DNA of 64,000 bases from Leptospiria bacterium (GTDB lineage: Bacteria; Spirochaetota; Leptospiria; Turneriellales; CBDBES01): positions 1,228,901 through 1,292,900 of the forward strand of contig CBDHCY010000005.1 in assembly GCA_965261485.1 (NCBI GenBank), given 5' to 3'. The position numbers and the translations under genes were made by a program. The notes under the pieces are model-generated. The model was given only the letters and a program-made list of their open reading frames with translations, made no database searches and was not told the DNA's origin. Shown here in pieces: positions 49,832 to 59,710 of the stretch; within the stretch, counting starts at the first letter, position 1; each line of letters begins with the position of its first letter.

Positions 49832-52036
49832 GTGAATTTTGAGCCACCTTTTTTAACAACTCTTTCTTGGTTGCGAGGCATAACATCCAAATATAGTAAG
49901 ATGCAGCAGATAATTTATTCTGCATGGCTTAAAAGAGTAAATCTTTATATTTCTGAATTTAATTTACCTAAAAAAGATGCGGATACTCTTTTACAAAAAA
50001 AGGCATTTTCTTACTTCTTCCCTCATCATTCAATGATGCGTCCAGCTTTTGAACTCCCAGATATTCATAGTGCTATTTCTATTCTTAAAACATGCTATTA
50101 CAGTAAAGAGCAAAGAATTATTTTTTATGGTGATCGTGATGCTGACGGCATTTCTTCTTTAGCGATTCTTTATCTATTTTTACGTGACCAACTAAAATAT
50201 CCTGAAAAGAATCTCATTCCTTTAGTTCCTCGTGAACATGATAAATATGGTATTACCGAAGAGGTCGCTGATAGAATATTAAATCATAAGCCTGATGTGC
50301 TAATCATATTAGATTGTGGTTCCTCAAACCACAAAGAAATTACATATCTACATAAACAATATCAAAGCCTCAATAATGGTAATTTAAAGCTTAAAACAAT
50401 CATTATAGATCATCACTTTATACCTGAAAGTAAACAAGATTATCCCCATGTTGATGCCTTTATAAATCCTAAACGATTACTCCAAGGCAACCCAAATCGA
50501 GAACTTTGTACAGCAGGTTTGGCCTATAAGCTAATTTGGGGATTAACCTACTCATTTACCAGTGAGTATGAGAAGCTATACCAAGTTACTGTGTTAAAAG
50601 AAGACTCTCCTTCCGAATCAAAATTTATTTATTTTAAAAATTTAATTCAAAGCTATAGTGAGAAGATAAAAATTAAAATTAACCATGATTTTTCTGGAGA
50701 AGATAGCGAAACTCAAAAAGATAGTTCATCTATTCAAGGAGAGTGTCACAACATTGAGCTTGCCCCTCTTTGGAATAAGATGGTATCATCAAACTCTTTT
50801 TTTTCTCGTATTCAGAATTTTTTACATTTTACTAAGTTTACATTAAGTGTAGAAGATCAATCTCTATTTTTATTTCAAGCTAATTTCAGGAATATTCGCG
50901 AAAAAACTCAAAATTATTTAATTTTTTCTGCTATTGGTAGTATCGCCGATATGGTGCCTTTAATTGATGACAATAGAATCATAGTAAAAGAAGGACTAAG
51001 TTTACTCAATCAATATCTAAAAGTCGAATACCCGCTGCACCCTTCTTTAGAAGGTATAATTGCACTAGTACGTTTTTTCTTTTCACAACAAAATCAAATC
51101 TGGGAGGAGAATCTATCTTTTGTAATTTGCCCTGCTATAAATGCAGCGGGTAGATTAGGCAAAGCTGAAGTCGCCTTAAATAGCCTAATCGAAAAAGATC
51201 GACTCATCGCTGTAAAAAAAGCTTCCGAACTCAAAAAACTCAACGAAGAAAGAAAGAAAATATCAAAAGATATAACAAAAAAAATCATATTTTCATCTGA
51301 CATAACTACCCACCAAAAAGAAATTTTAATCGTTTATGACGAGAGAATTCATAGAGGTATCTCAGGGCTCATCGCGAATCGGCTGTCTGATCATTTTGGA
51401 AAACCTGCCCTCGTTTTAGTTAATGACGATGATTCCATCAGAGGATCGATACGCTCTGCTCAAAATCAAAATGTTTTTTCATTTTTAATGACTTTAGAAC
51501 ATTGGTTCATTCAATTTGGAGGTCATAAACAAGCAGCTGGATGCTCTTTAGAAAAAAACAAATTAAAAAATTTTATTAAAGCAGCCCAAGAACTGGGTGA
51601 AAAATTTTTTCCAAAAGAACAAAAGACTGATTCTAAAAAAGAGAAAACTCATGATGAATACTTTGAGCCAATCTCTATAAATGACTACGAAATAACAACC
51701 ACCATCTGGGAAGAGTGTAATTTATTCGCCCCTTTTGGTAAAAAGAATCCAGCCCCCGTATTAGCAATCAGACTAACTCAACCTGTAATGTGTGAAAATA
51801 TCGGAAAAAGTGAAGAGCATGTAAAAATAAAATTTTTTGCTTGTAAAAATGAGTTAATCGAAGGGGTCTGGTTTTTTCATAAGGGAGAAGCTGACAAACT
51901 AAGTAAGCATGCTATCGAAGAAAAGCCTCAAATTTTATTTGCAGAACCTTCCATGGATTCTTGGCGAGGACGCAAAGTATATCGTCTCAAGGTTACAAAA
52001 ATTTCACCTGATCAAACTTCCTCCATCTCTGTTTAA
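49832..52036 (+). CDS. recJ: Single-stranded-DNA-specific exonuclease RecJ
   Basis: 734 aa with DHH-family motifs (FYGDRDADGISS, LDCGSSN, IIDHH) and a DHHA1-like GGHKQAAG. Confidence 0.85.
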   Translation: MNFEPPFLTTLSWLRGITSKYSKMQQIIYSAWLKRVNLYISEFNLPKKDADTLLQKKAFSYFFPHHSMMRPAFELPDIHSAISILKTCYYSKEQRIIFYGDRDADGISSLAILYLFLRDQLKYPEKNLIPLVPREHDKYGITEEVADRILNHKPDVLIILDCGSSNHKEITYLHKQYQSLNNGNLKLKTIIIDHHFIPESKQDYPHVDAFINPKRLLQGNPNRELCTAGLAYKLIWGLTYSFTSEYEKLYQVTVLKEDSPSESKFIYFKNLIQSYSEKIKIKINHDFSGEDSETQKDSSSIQGECHNIELAPLWNKMVSSNSFFSRIQNFLHFTKFTLSVEDQSLFLFQANFRNIREKTQNYLIFSAIGSIADMVPLIDDNRIIVKEGLSLLNQYLKVEYPLHPSLEGIIALVRFFFSQQNQIWEENLSFVICPAINAAGRLGKAEVALNSLIEKDRLIAVKKASELKKLNEERKKISKDITKKIIFSSDITTHQKEILIVYDERIHRGISGLIANRLSDHFGKPALVLVNDDDSIRGSIRSAQNQNVFSFLMTLEHWFIQFGGHKQAAGCSLEKNKLKNFIKAAQELGEKFFPKEQKTDSKKEKTHDEYFEPISINDYEITTTIWEECNLFAPFGKKNPAPVLAIRLTQPVMCENIGKSEEHVKIKFFACKNELIEGVWFFHKGEADKLSKHAIEEKPQILFAEPSMDSWRGRKVYRLKVTKISPDQTSSISV

Positions 52037-53564
52037 TCGCTTCTGAATAAAGATTCTCGAACAAAAGAGCTTGGTTGTAGAGAGCCACAGGATGATCTCC
52101 ACTCTGTTTTTGCATCTTTTTGAATATTTTTTGAGCTTCTCGTGTTTTATTCATATTAATGCAATATACCGCATATTCGTTAACCACAGATAAATTATCA
52201 GGATGATCATCTAAAAGTTTTCTGATCTCTTGAAAATATTTCTCTTTATCGTTAGCATCATGAAAGAGACATCTCAATCGAAAAAGTTTACCAGCAACCT
52301 GATTACGATAAATACCAAGCGATTCATAAAATATTAATCCTTTTTTCCATTTTTTGAGATATACTAAATATTGAAAAAATATCCATCGCATACCTAATGG
52401 CAGTAATTTTGGATGTTCCATTATATTTTTAATCTCACAATCATTCATTCCATATTTTGTTATAGTATCAATGGAAGCATTAATTGCTTTTAGATAATAA
52501 AATATATGTAATTTTGGATACCTCTGCTGAGATAAATATTTGATGACTAATTCTTTTTTGCTTTTGCTTATTCTAAGATCATCTTGTCCTTGATTATTTT
52601 GAAAGATACTTAAAATAAATATTTTTAACTCTCCAGAAATATCAGGTATTTTAAGTAACTTTTGATAGTTACCAAACTTAAAAATAGTCTCTAAAATTAT
52701 TTTTTCTCCAATTTTTCCTAAAAACCGAGTAAAATTTAATGCGATATAGCTACGTAACATTCGCGTACTCTTTGATATAAGAAATACCAATAATTCTTTC
52801 ATAGGTGGATGAGCTTCAATCTCTTTTAATATACAAAATGAGCGAACTTGTTCTCTAAACGTGATAATATTCCAAGGGTACTCATGGGAGCTAATTATTT
52901 TAGAGAATAACAAATTCTCAGTCTGATAATGTGTTTCTATTTCTTCAACAGGAAAGCGAGTAATATCCACAGGTTTTTTTAAAATATCCTGAAAATAGAG
53001 CCACAATAAACTTTTTTGTGATATATTTATTCCAGGATAATTGAGAAATTTCAATAGAATTGATTTAATATCGTCTTTTTCGATAGGGAAAAGATAAATC
53101 ATCAAAATCAAAGGCAATTTGGGATGACGAAAACCTAGCTCCCAAAAAGTATACAATTCTTCAATTTGTCTATTCCTTTCATGACTTGGATAACATTTAA
53201 ATTTAATTTTATAGGTCTTCAAATCTTGAAATAAAATAGGGCTCCTCACTTTAAGAAATTGATCAAAATCATCCGCCATAAATTGATCAACAGAACAAAA
53301 AAATATTTCTGCAAGCTTTCTTTTACTTATATTAGTAATATTTAATTTCATTTTATCACAAAATTCTTCGTTAAAAATAATTTTTTTTTCCTTCTTTACT
53401 TTCTTAATAAGCAGTATTTTAGAAGACAGACTGCGATAAATTTTATATGAGCAATAACTTAATAGAAATATAGAGCTAAGACTAATAATGAAAAAATTTT
53501 CATGAAAAAATTTATCCCATAAAAAAGAGTGAAGAAAATCCAAAATTTGCTGACTATACTCCAC
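51993..53564 (-). CDS. Hypothetical protein with an N-terminal TM helix and a TPR-like C-terminus
   Basis: 523-aa ORF with a helical-repeat-like C-terminal region (REAQKIFKKMQKQSGDHPVALYNQALLFENL). The 3' end overlaps the recJ 3' end by 44 nt, convergently. Confidence 0.45.
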   Translation of the reverse strand: MEYSQQILDFLHSFLWDKFFHENFFIISLSSIFLLSYCSYKIYRSLSSKILLIKKVKKEKKIIFNEEFCDKMKLNITNISKRKLAEIFFCSVDQFMADDFDQFLKVRSPILFQDLKTYKIKFKCYPSHERNRQIEELYTFWELGFRHPKLPLILMIYLFPIEKDDIKSILLKFLNYPGINISQKSLLWLYFQDILKKPVDITRFPVEEIETHYQTENLLFSKIISSHEYPWNIITFREQVRSFCILKEIEAHPPMKELLVFLISKSTRMLRSYIALNFTRFLGKIGEKIILETIFKFGNYQKLLKIPDISGELKIFILSIFQNNQGQDDLRISKSKKELVIKYLSQQRYPKLHIFYYLKAINASIDTITKYGMNDCEIKNIMEHPKLLPLGMRWIFFQYLVYLKKWKKGLIFYESLGIYRNQVAGKLFRLRCLFHDANDKEKYFQEIRKLLDDHPDNLSVVNEYAVYCINMNKTREAQKIFKKMQKQSGDHPVALYNQALLFENLYSEAIKQRWRKFDQVKFL

Positions 53565-53614
53565 CTATATAATACTATCGACTTAAAGTATTGTCTACAA
53601 AGTAATTTTAGCCA

Positions 53615-54214
53615 TTACCACTCAATACCTTTTTGAGCGAGAATTCCTTGCTCATCAAAAGGATGTTTAATATTTTTCATCTCTGTTACGAGATCTGCTA
53701 CATTACATAGTGCACTACTAGCATTTCTACCTGTTAAAATAAGATGAATATCAGGAGGTTTTTCATTTTTCAAAAAATCAAGTACGATATTCTCATCGAT
53801 AAAATTATAATCAAGCACATAAATAATCTCATCTAAAAGCACCAGACGATATTTTTTTGAAAGTATAATTTCTTTAGATTTTTCCCATGTATCTAACGTT
53901 GTTTTAATATCAAGAGCTCTATTTTTTGTATCCCATGTAAAGCCAGCACCCATCGTAAAAACATCTAAATTATCATATTTCTTTTCTAATTTATGCTCCG
54001 CATATTTAAAATCATCAGAATTTTTCATAAATTGTACAATTGCAGCATTCCAACCATGAGCAACCGTGCGCATAACGGTACCTAATGCTGCGGTAGTTTT
54101 ACCTTTGCCATCTCCCGTATGAATTATAGTTAAATATTTTTTTTTTGATTTTTTTTTTCTTGTTTTAATTTGCTCAATGGCAATTTTATCTTCAATTTCA
54201 CTTCGACCAGTCAT
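53615..54214 (-). CDS. cobO: Cob(I)yrinic acid a,c-diamide adenosyltransferase
   Basis: 199 aa. TGDGKGKTTAALGTVMRTVAHGWNAAIVQFMK and LVLLDEI...LILTGR match CobO/BtuR-type ATP:corrinoid adenosyltransferases. Confidence 0.85.
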   Translation of the reverse strand: MTGRSEIEDKIAIEQIKTRKKKSKKKYLTIIHTGDGKGKTTAALGTVMRTVAHGWNAAIVQFMKNSDDFKYAEHKLEKKYDNLDVFTMGAGFTWDTKNRALDIKTTLDTWEKSKEIILSKKYRLVLLDEIIYVLDYNFIDENIVLDFLKNEKPPDIHLILTGRNASSALCNVADLVTEMKNIKHPFDEQGILAQKGIEW

Positions 54215-54585
54215 AGTAATATTATTTTTTTAAGTATTACTTTGGCTCACTCACAATGGTCGATACCTGGTATATTTGAAATAGTGACCATCTGAATCAA
54301 ATATCCTATCATGCTACAGTAAGCATATTTTTCAATTTGAAGCGAACGCTCAGAAATAATATGAAATTTTGTTTTATAGATATACCAAACAAAATAAAAT
54401 AAGGCAAGAAAAATAAGAGAGAATAGAGTAAAATTACACCGATTCATTGTTGATCTAGGAACCTAGACTAAGTCAAGCTCCCCAGTTACCAAATAGTGAT
54501 TATAAAGTCAATACCTTTTATTAGAGTTGTTATATAAAAAAAAAAGTATAATAATAATCTCCCTACTGGTATATAACAAATTTAT

Positions 54586-55476
54586 CTACACTCTTAATAC
54601 AGATAAATTATAGCCAATAAGGAATAGCACACAAAATAGAAAAAGAATCAATCCGTTAAGTGTAAGTACCTGATTGAGCTCCTCAATCTTTTTATGGAAA
54701 TAAATTTTTCTTATGGAAATAAACATCAACGGAACTATCATCAAAACAAGCAACACTCCTTTTCCGAAGCGGGGAATTAAAAAAAATAGATTGCTGATGG
54801 CTACAACAGAGATACCCACATAAAGTATTTTTGAGTATAGCAGACCTAGTTTTACGACGAGAGTATTTTTACCCTGTTTACGATCAGTTTCGTAATCACG
54901 AATATTATTGACCATTAATATCAGCATAGATAAAAGTCCTGGAGCGATAGAAACCAATAGTATTTTAGTTCCTTCATCAAAAGTAAAGTGAAAAGTTCTT
55001 TGTGTATAATAAGAGCCAATAACTGCAACAGGACCAAAAAATAAAAAAACAAAGATTTCCCCCAAACCATGATACGCCAGTGAGTATGCTCCACCCGTAT
55101 AAAGATAAGCAAAAATGAGTGATAAAATTCCGATTAGCAAAATATAATAATCAGTTTGCTTGACAAGCCATCCTCCTAAAAAGAGACATAAGATAACCAA
55201 GCTAAAAATAGCCTTTTTCATAGCCTCTGGCTGAATTCTTCCTGTTTGCAGCATTCTGGCAGGGCCTACTCTTTCTTCAACATCGGCTCCTTTTTTAAAA
55301 TCATAATAATCATTAATATAATTTGTAAGAATTTGAATCAAAATCGTTGTTAATAAAGTAAAGCCTGCGAGCTGGACATCCAAAAAACCTTCATGCTCAA
55401 CAATACCAAGACCCAACAAAACAGGTGAGATACTAGCAAATAATGTTTTTGGGCGAGCCGCGAGTAACCAAGCCAT
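54586..55476 (-). CDS. menA: 1,4-dihydroxy-2-naphthoate polyprenyltransferase
   Basis: 296 aa, a UbiA-family polytopic protein with NYINDYYDFKKGAD and NNIRDYETDRKQGKNTL motifs. It lies adjacent to, and is translationally coupled with, menB. Confidence 0.85.
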   Translation of the reverse strand: MAWLLAARPKTLFASISPVLLGLGIVEHEGFLDVQLAGFTLLTTILIQILTNYINDYYDFKKGADVEERVGPARMLQTGRIQPEAMKKAIFSLVILCLFLGGWLVKQTDYYILLIGILSLIFAYLYTGGAYSLAYHGLGEIFVFLFFGPVAVIGSYYTQRTFHFTFDEGTKILLVSIAPGLLSMLILMVNNIRDYETDRKQGKNTLVVKLGLLYSKILYVGISVVAISNLFFLIPRFGKGVLLVLMIVPLMFISIRKIYFHKKIEELNQVLTLNGLILFLFCVLFLIGYNLSVLRV

Positions 55477-56297
55477 TAAGCTTGACGAGGAAATTTAGAG
55501 AAATCTGGTTTTCTTTTTTCGTTAAATGCGTTTTTACCTTCCTGCCCTTCTTCTGACATATAATAAAGCATTGTAGTATTTCCAGCTAATTCTTGAAGAC
55601 CCATTTGACCATCACAATCTGCATTAAAAGCAGATTTCAAACACCTTAAAGCAATTGGTGATAAAGCAAGCATCTCTTGACACCACTGAACTGTCTCACC
55701 TTCAAGTTTTTCGAATGGAACAACCTTATTTACAAGACCCATCTGAAGGGCTTCTTCAGCACTATACTGCCTACATAAAAACCAAATCTCGCGTGCTTTT
55801 TTTTGACCAACAATTCGAGCTAAATAGCTAGCTCCCAAACCTCCATCAAAAGAGCCGACCCTAGGGCCAGTTTGACCAAATATTGCATTTTCTGAAGCAA
55901 TACTCAAATCACAAATTACATGTAAAACGTGACCACCCCCTATGGCAAACCCATTAACCATAGCAATCACTGGCTTTGGACATGTTCTAATATATCTTTG
56001 TAGATCAAGAACATTCAAGCGCATAACTCCTTTATCATCCTTATAACCTGAATTTCCTCGAATTCTTTGATCTCCTCCCGAACAAAAGGCCTTGTCTCCA
56101 GAACCTGTTAAAATAATAACACCAATTTTTTTGTCTTCACGAGCATCACAAAAAGCATCACTCATTTCAAAAATAGTTCGAGGACGAAAAGCATTTCTAA
56201 CTTCAGGTCGATTAATTGTTACTTTTGCAATTCCTTCCCATTTTTGATAAATAATATCTTGATATTTTTTATATTTTTTCCACTTTACCTTAACCAC
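55476..56297 (-). CDS. menB: 1,4-dihydroxy-2-naphthoyl-CoA synthase
   Basis: 273 aa with a crotonase fold and MenB-typical [30 protein letters not shown] and [14 protein letters not shown]. Confidence 0.9.
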   Translation of the reverse strand: MVKVKWKKYKKYQDIIYQKWEGIAKVTINRPEVRNAFRPRTIFEMSDAFCDAREDKKIGVIILTGSGDKAFCSGGDQRIRGNSGYKDDKGVMRLNVLDLQRYIRTCPKPVIAMVNGFAIGGGHVLHVICDLSIASENAIFGQTGPRVGSFDGGLGASYLARIVGQKKAREIWFLCRQYSAEEALQMGLVNKVVPFEKLEGETVQWCQEMLALSPIALRCLKSAFNADCDGQMGLQELAGNTTMLYYMSEEGQEGKNAFNEKRKPDFSKFPRQA

Positions 56298-56371
56298 ACA
56301 AACAATTTCAAAAATTATTTTAGGCGGTCAAACTTTATTAATAAAATTTGATTTATTTATTTTTTAAGTTT

Positions 56372-56532
56372 TTATACTTTGTAGATGCTATTCGCAGATT
56401 GAATGCCTAAACACGAATTCTCTGAAAAATACTCCCCGCCTGATTCAGATAACTATCAGCTGTTTGTACAAAACTAATACCATCCTCAGTATTTCGTTCT
56501 GCTTGACGTAGCCCTCTTCTTTGAATTCTCAT
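56372..56532 (-). pseudogene. Relic of a second flagellin (flaB-like) gene, truncated at both ends and frameshifted
   Basis: The minus strand translates to [41 protein letters not shown]-stop, then in another frame GIQSANSIYKV-stop. This aligns with FlaB residues about 51-105 ([52 protein letters not shown]). It is too short to appear in the ORF track. Confidence 0.6.
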
Positions 56533-56560
56533 TTGACACTCTTATGTTTTTTTTGAGTGC

Positions 56561-56604
56561 GAAAGAATAAAATAATCGGTGCTAAATAATTTTTCAGCAC
56601 CGAT
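56561..56604 (-). terminator. Rho-independent terminator of flaB
   Basis: Perfect 9-bp inverted repeat atcggtgct (56575-56583) / agcaccgat (56596-56604), 13 nt after the flaB stop. On the minus strand it is followed by tattttattctttc. Confidence 0.7.
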
Positions 56605-56616
56605 TTAATTACTAAC

Positions 56617-57462
56617 TTATCTTAATAATTGTAAGACAGTTTGTGGTTTCACATTTGCTTGTGCTAGGATTGCCGTACCACTCTGAACTAATATTTGATT
56701 TTTAGTAAAATCAGACATTTCTTCAGCCATATCTGTATCTCTGATACGAGATTCAGAAGCTTGAATATTTTCATAAGCGTTCATTAAACCCTTAGCAGTA
56801 TATTCTAACCTATTATAATAAGCACCTAAATTTGCTCTTTGCTTATTAATCTTGAACAATGCCTCATCCATAACACCAATTACATCATTGGCTTTAGATG
56901 GGGTAGAGATACTGAGGATATTTCCATCAGTTAACCTCATATTCAATGCTTGAGCTGTCATAGTTCTTATATAGACTCGCTTCCTTTGATGCATATTCGG
57001 TCCAACATGAAACCACATGGAAGCAGTTCTGGAATCTCTTCCAAAATCTCCCTGAAACAGTTTCAATGTATTGAACTCTGCTTGCGAAGCAACTCTGTCC
57101 ACTTCATCAATTAATTGAGATACTTCCAGTTGTATCATTTGACGATCTTCAGCTGTGTAGATTCCATTTGAACTCTGAATAGACAGTGTCCTTATGCGAT
57201 GAATCATGGCACCTATCTGATTCAAATAACCCTCAGTAGTTTGTATCAGACTCATACCGTTTTCTGTATTTTGCTCAGCTTGACGCAAACCCTGTACCTG
57301 AGCACGCATTTTTTCGGATACCGCAAGACCTGAAGCATCGTCTCCAGCACGATTAATGCGCATACCACTGGATAATTTTTCCATGTTCTTATTAACATTC
57401 CAGTGTTGAAATTTAAGAACACGGTGCGTATTAATCGCAGACATATTGTGATTTATGATCAT
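56617..57462 (-). CDS. flaB: Periplasmic-flagellum core flagellin FlaB
   Basis: 281 aa. [14 protein letters not shown]...[23 protein letters not shown]...[11 protein letters not shown]...[25 protein letters not shown] is the spirochaete FlaB pattern. A strong AAGGAGG lies 7-8 nt upstream of the ATG. Confidence 0.95.
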   Translation of the reverse strand: MIINHNMSAINTHRVLKFQHWNVNKNMEKLSSGMRINRAGDDASGLAVSEKMRAQVQGLRQAEQNTENGMSLIQTTEGYLNQIGAMIHRIRTLSIQSSNGIYTAEDRQMIQLEVSQLIDEVDRVASQAEFNTLKLFQGDFGRDSRTASMWFHVGPNMHQRKRVYIRTMTAQALNMRLTDGNILSISTPSKANDVIGVMDEALFKINKQRANLGAYYNRLEYTAKGLMNAYENIQASESRIRDTDMAEEMSDFTKNQILVQSGTAILAQANVKPQTVLQLLR

Positions 57463-58067
57463 TTTCGATTCCTCCTTGAACCATCTCTAAACATAGTAGA
57501 CTAAAAACTTCTTGTCTAAATTCCTACTACATCGATAAAATAAATAACTAAGAAAAGCCTCAACGAAAGACCGCTTACGAAGCAAGACTAAATTTAGCTT
57601 TAAGTAGTCACCCACTTAGGGAGATTTTCGGAAAGCCGAGACACCTAACTTAAGGTGAGATAAATAAGATTAGATCAAGTTAAGCCCTAAAAAACCTAAA
57701 GAATAACGATTATATCACATTTAAACTATGATAACTTTAGTACAAAAATATGAAAGCTAATGTGCAAATTTTGGTAAATTATACTTTTTATTAAGATCTT
57801 TTTAGTTTGGATTAATAAAACTGTTCTCAGTCTCATATTCATGGCCTTCTCTAAAATACACAAGATAAATAAATAAGGAGTGTATCATATGATGCAAAAA
57901 ATGGCTATTTTTAGCTTATAAATTAAATAAGTTAAAGCCAAAATTAAATATTTATATTTGATTTTGTTTTACTTTTCACAAAATACAAGAGCTTATAATT
58001 TTAAGACTGAACTCAAAAACTTTATAAAATTCTTGACATAGAGAATTGACAATCAAGTATTAGTTGT

Positions 58068-59057
58068 ATGGTTCTCGAAACTGATACCAAAAAATACCTT
58101 CAAACCGCCGGGGAGATATATAAAGATGCCGCACAAAATCCTGATGTCGGACTTTGTTGTACGACAACACCGATATGGTCTCTTCCTGGATTAACCATAC
58201 CTCAAAAAATGTTAGAAATGAATTATGGTTGTGGTAGCACAGTACATCCAAGAGATTTAGTTAATAATCCTAAAATTTTATATGTCGGTGTTGGAGGAGG
58301 AATGGAACTATTACAGTTTTGTTACTTCAATCAGCAAAGAAAAGGAATAATTGGCATAGACGTGGTCGATGAAATGCTACTCGCTTGCAAAAAAAATTTT
58401 ATTGAAGCGGAAAAAATCAATCCTTGGTTTGAACCTAATTTTATTGATTTACGGCATGGAGATGCTTTGAATTTACCTATTGAAGATAATACAATTAATG
58501 TTGCAGCACAAAATTGTTTATTTAATATCTTCAAAGAAGAAGAATTAAAACAAGCTTTAAAAGAAATGTATCGGGTTCTTAAACCCCATGGTCGACTTGT
58601 TCTTTCGGATCCCGTTAGTGAAGATACAGTACCTGAAAACCTTAAAAATGATGCTAATTTGAGAGGCTTGTGTCTGAGCGGTGCCCTATCACTCAAAGAA
58701 TACGTTAATATAATAACGAATATTGGATTTGGTACCGTAGAAATTAGAGCGAAGAGACCTTATCGTATTTTGGCTCCAGCACATTATGATACAAAAGAAA
58801 ATATTTATATCGAAAGTGTTGAGGTTTGTGCAATAAAAGATACCATGCCTGATGATGGTCCATGTGTTTTTACCGGTAGATCTGCTATCTATATCGGAAA
58901 AAAAGAAAGCTATGATGATGGTAAGGGTCATATATTTATGAATAACCAACCACTGTCAATATGTGATAAAACAGCTGAAGATATTGAGCAGCGTTGTGAT
59001 GATGAAATTGTTATAACAAAAAGTACTTTTTTTTATGATGGTGGAGGTTGCTGTTAA
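58068..59057 (+). CDS. SAM-dependent methyltransferase, arsenite methyltransferase (ArsM)-like
   Basis: 329 aa. The N-terminal Cys pair (VGLCCTT) and NYGCGS, plus SAM motif I (ILYVGVGGGMELL), resemble ArsM-type enzymes. The C-terminus is Cys-rich (GGGCC). Confidence 0.65.
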   Translation: MVLETDTKKYLQTAGEIYKDAAQNPDVGLCCTTTPIWSLPGLTIPQKMLEMNYGCGSTVHPRDLVNNPKILYVGVGGGMELLQFCYFNQQRKGIIGIDVVDEMLLACKKNFIEAEKINPWFEPNFIDLRHGDALNLPIEDNTINVAAQNCLFNIFKEEELKQALKEMYRVLKPHGRLVLSDPVSEDTVPENLKNDANLRGLCLSGALSLKEYVNIITNIGFGTVEIRAKRPYRILAPAHYDTKENIYIESVEVCAIKDTMPDDGPCVFTGRSAIYIGKKESYDDGKGHIFMNNQPLSICDKTAEDIEQRCDDEIVITKSTFFYDGGGCC

Positions 59058-59179
59058 CCCAAGCTCTCATTTTAGAACCTATACATGCTAGCTGTCTCGC
59101 TCATAGTAGGTATGTAATATTTATTAGTAATAGTGAAAGTATAATTAATTTGCGTTTTATCCATTTCTTTACTTAATCT

Positions 59180-59701
59180 ATGCTATACAGTTTAGGTGAT
59201 AAAAAACCTTTTGTCCATTCTTCGGCCTATATTGCTCCTTCTGCAGAGTTAATTGGCGATGTAAAAATTGGTGAGAATTCTTCAGTCTGGTTTCACTGTA
59301 CCTTACGAGGGGATGGTTTTCCAATTGTTGTAGGTAAAGGTACTAATATACAAGATAATACAGTTGTTCATATTCAAACGGGTAAAATCAAAACGGTCAT
59401 TGGTAATTATGTGACAATTGGACACAATGCCGTCATTCACGCAGCCTTCCTTGAAGATTATAGTTTTATTGGAATTAGTGCCACTTTATTAGATAATGTA
59501 ACAGTAAAGTCTTATGGTTTTGTTGCAGCCGGTGCTTTGGTGCCTCCTGGGTTTGAAGTTCCAGAAAAAACACTTGTGGCTGGTATTCCTGCTAAAGTTA
59601 TTCGACCTCTAAAAAAACTAGAGATAAAAATGATCGAAGAATCTGCTAAAAATTATCAAGAAAATACAAAAATCTTTAAACAAAAGTTGCTACAGTTATA
59701 A
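59180..59701 (+). CDS. Gamma-class carbonic anhydrase family (hexapeptide-repeat) protein
   Basis: 173 aa. FVHSSAYIAPSAELIGDVKIGENSSVWFHCTLRGD and GHNAVIHAA match the PaaY/YrdA/gamma-CA family. Confidence 0.85.
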   Translation: MLYSLGDKKPFVHSSAYIAPSAELIGDVKIGENSSVWFHCTLRGDGFPIVVGKGTNIQDNTVVHIQTGKIKTVIGNYVTIGHNAVIHAAFLEDYSFIGISATLLDNVTVKSYGFVAAGALVPPGFEVPEKTLVAGIPAKVIRPLKKLEIKMIEESAKNYQENTKIFKQKLLQL

Positions 59702-59710
59702 AATTTTCCT

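Noticed and set aside
51993-52036. 44-nt convergent 3' overlap of recJ and the 523-aa TPR-like ORF
   Set aside because: Both stops are fixed, so the overlap is real if both genes are. Short convergent overlaps occur occasionally, though, and I see no associated structure. It is not of interest by itself.
54247-54447. 66-aa ORF between cobO and menA (possible small membrane protein)
   Set aside because: It has one hydrophobic stretch only, no RBS or motif, and sits in AT-rich intergenic DNA. There is not enough support to call it a gene.
57526-57553. Possible sigma-28-type promoter upstream of flaB (minus strand cttagttatttattttatcgatgtag)
   Set aside because: Only the CGAT core of the -10 element and a weak TTAG at -35 match the TAAA-N15-GCCGATAA consensus, and the spacing is ambiguous. 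I am not confident enough to annotate it.
59058-59180. Cobalamin riboswitch upstream of the gamma-CA / beta-barrel / TonB-dependent receptor cluster (considered because cobO is nearby)
   Set aside because: No B12-box-like GC-rich conserved core is visible here or at 61400-61457. The regions are plain AT-rich spacers.
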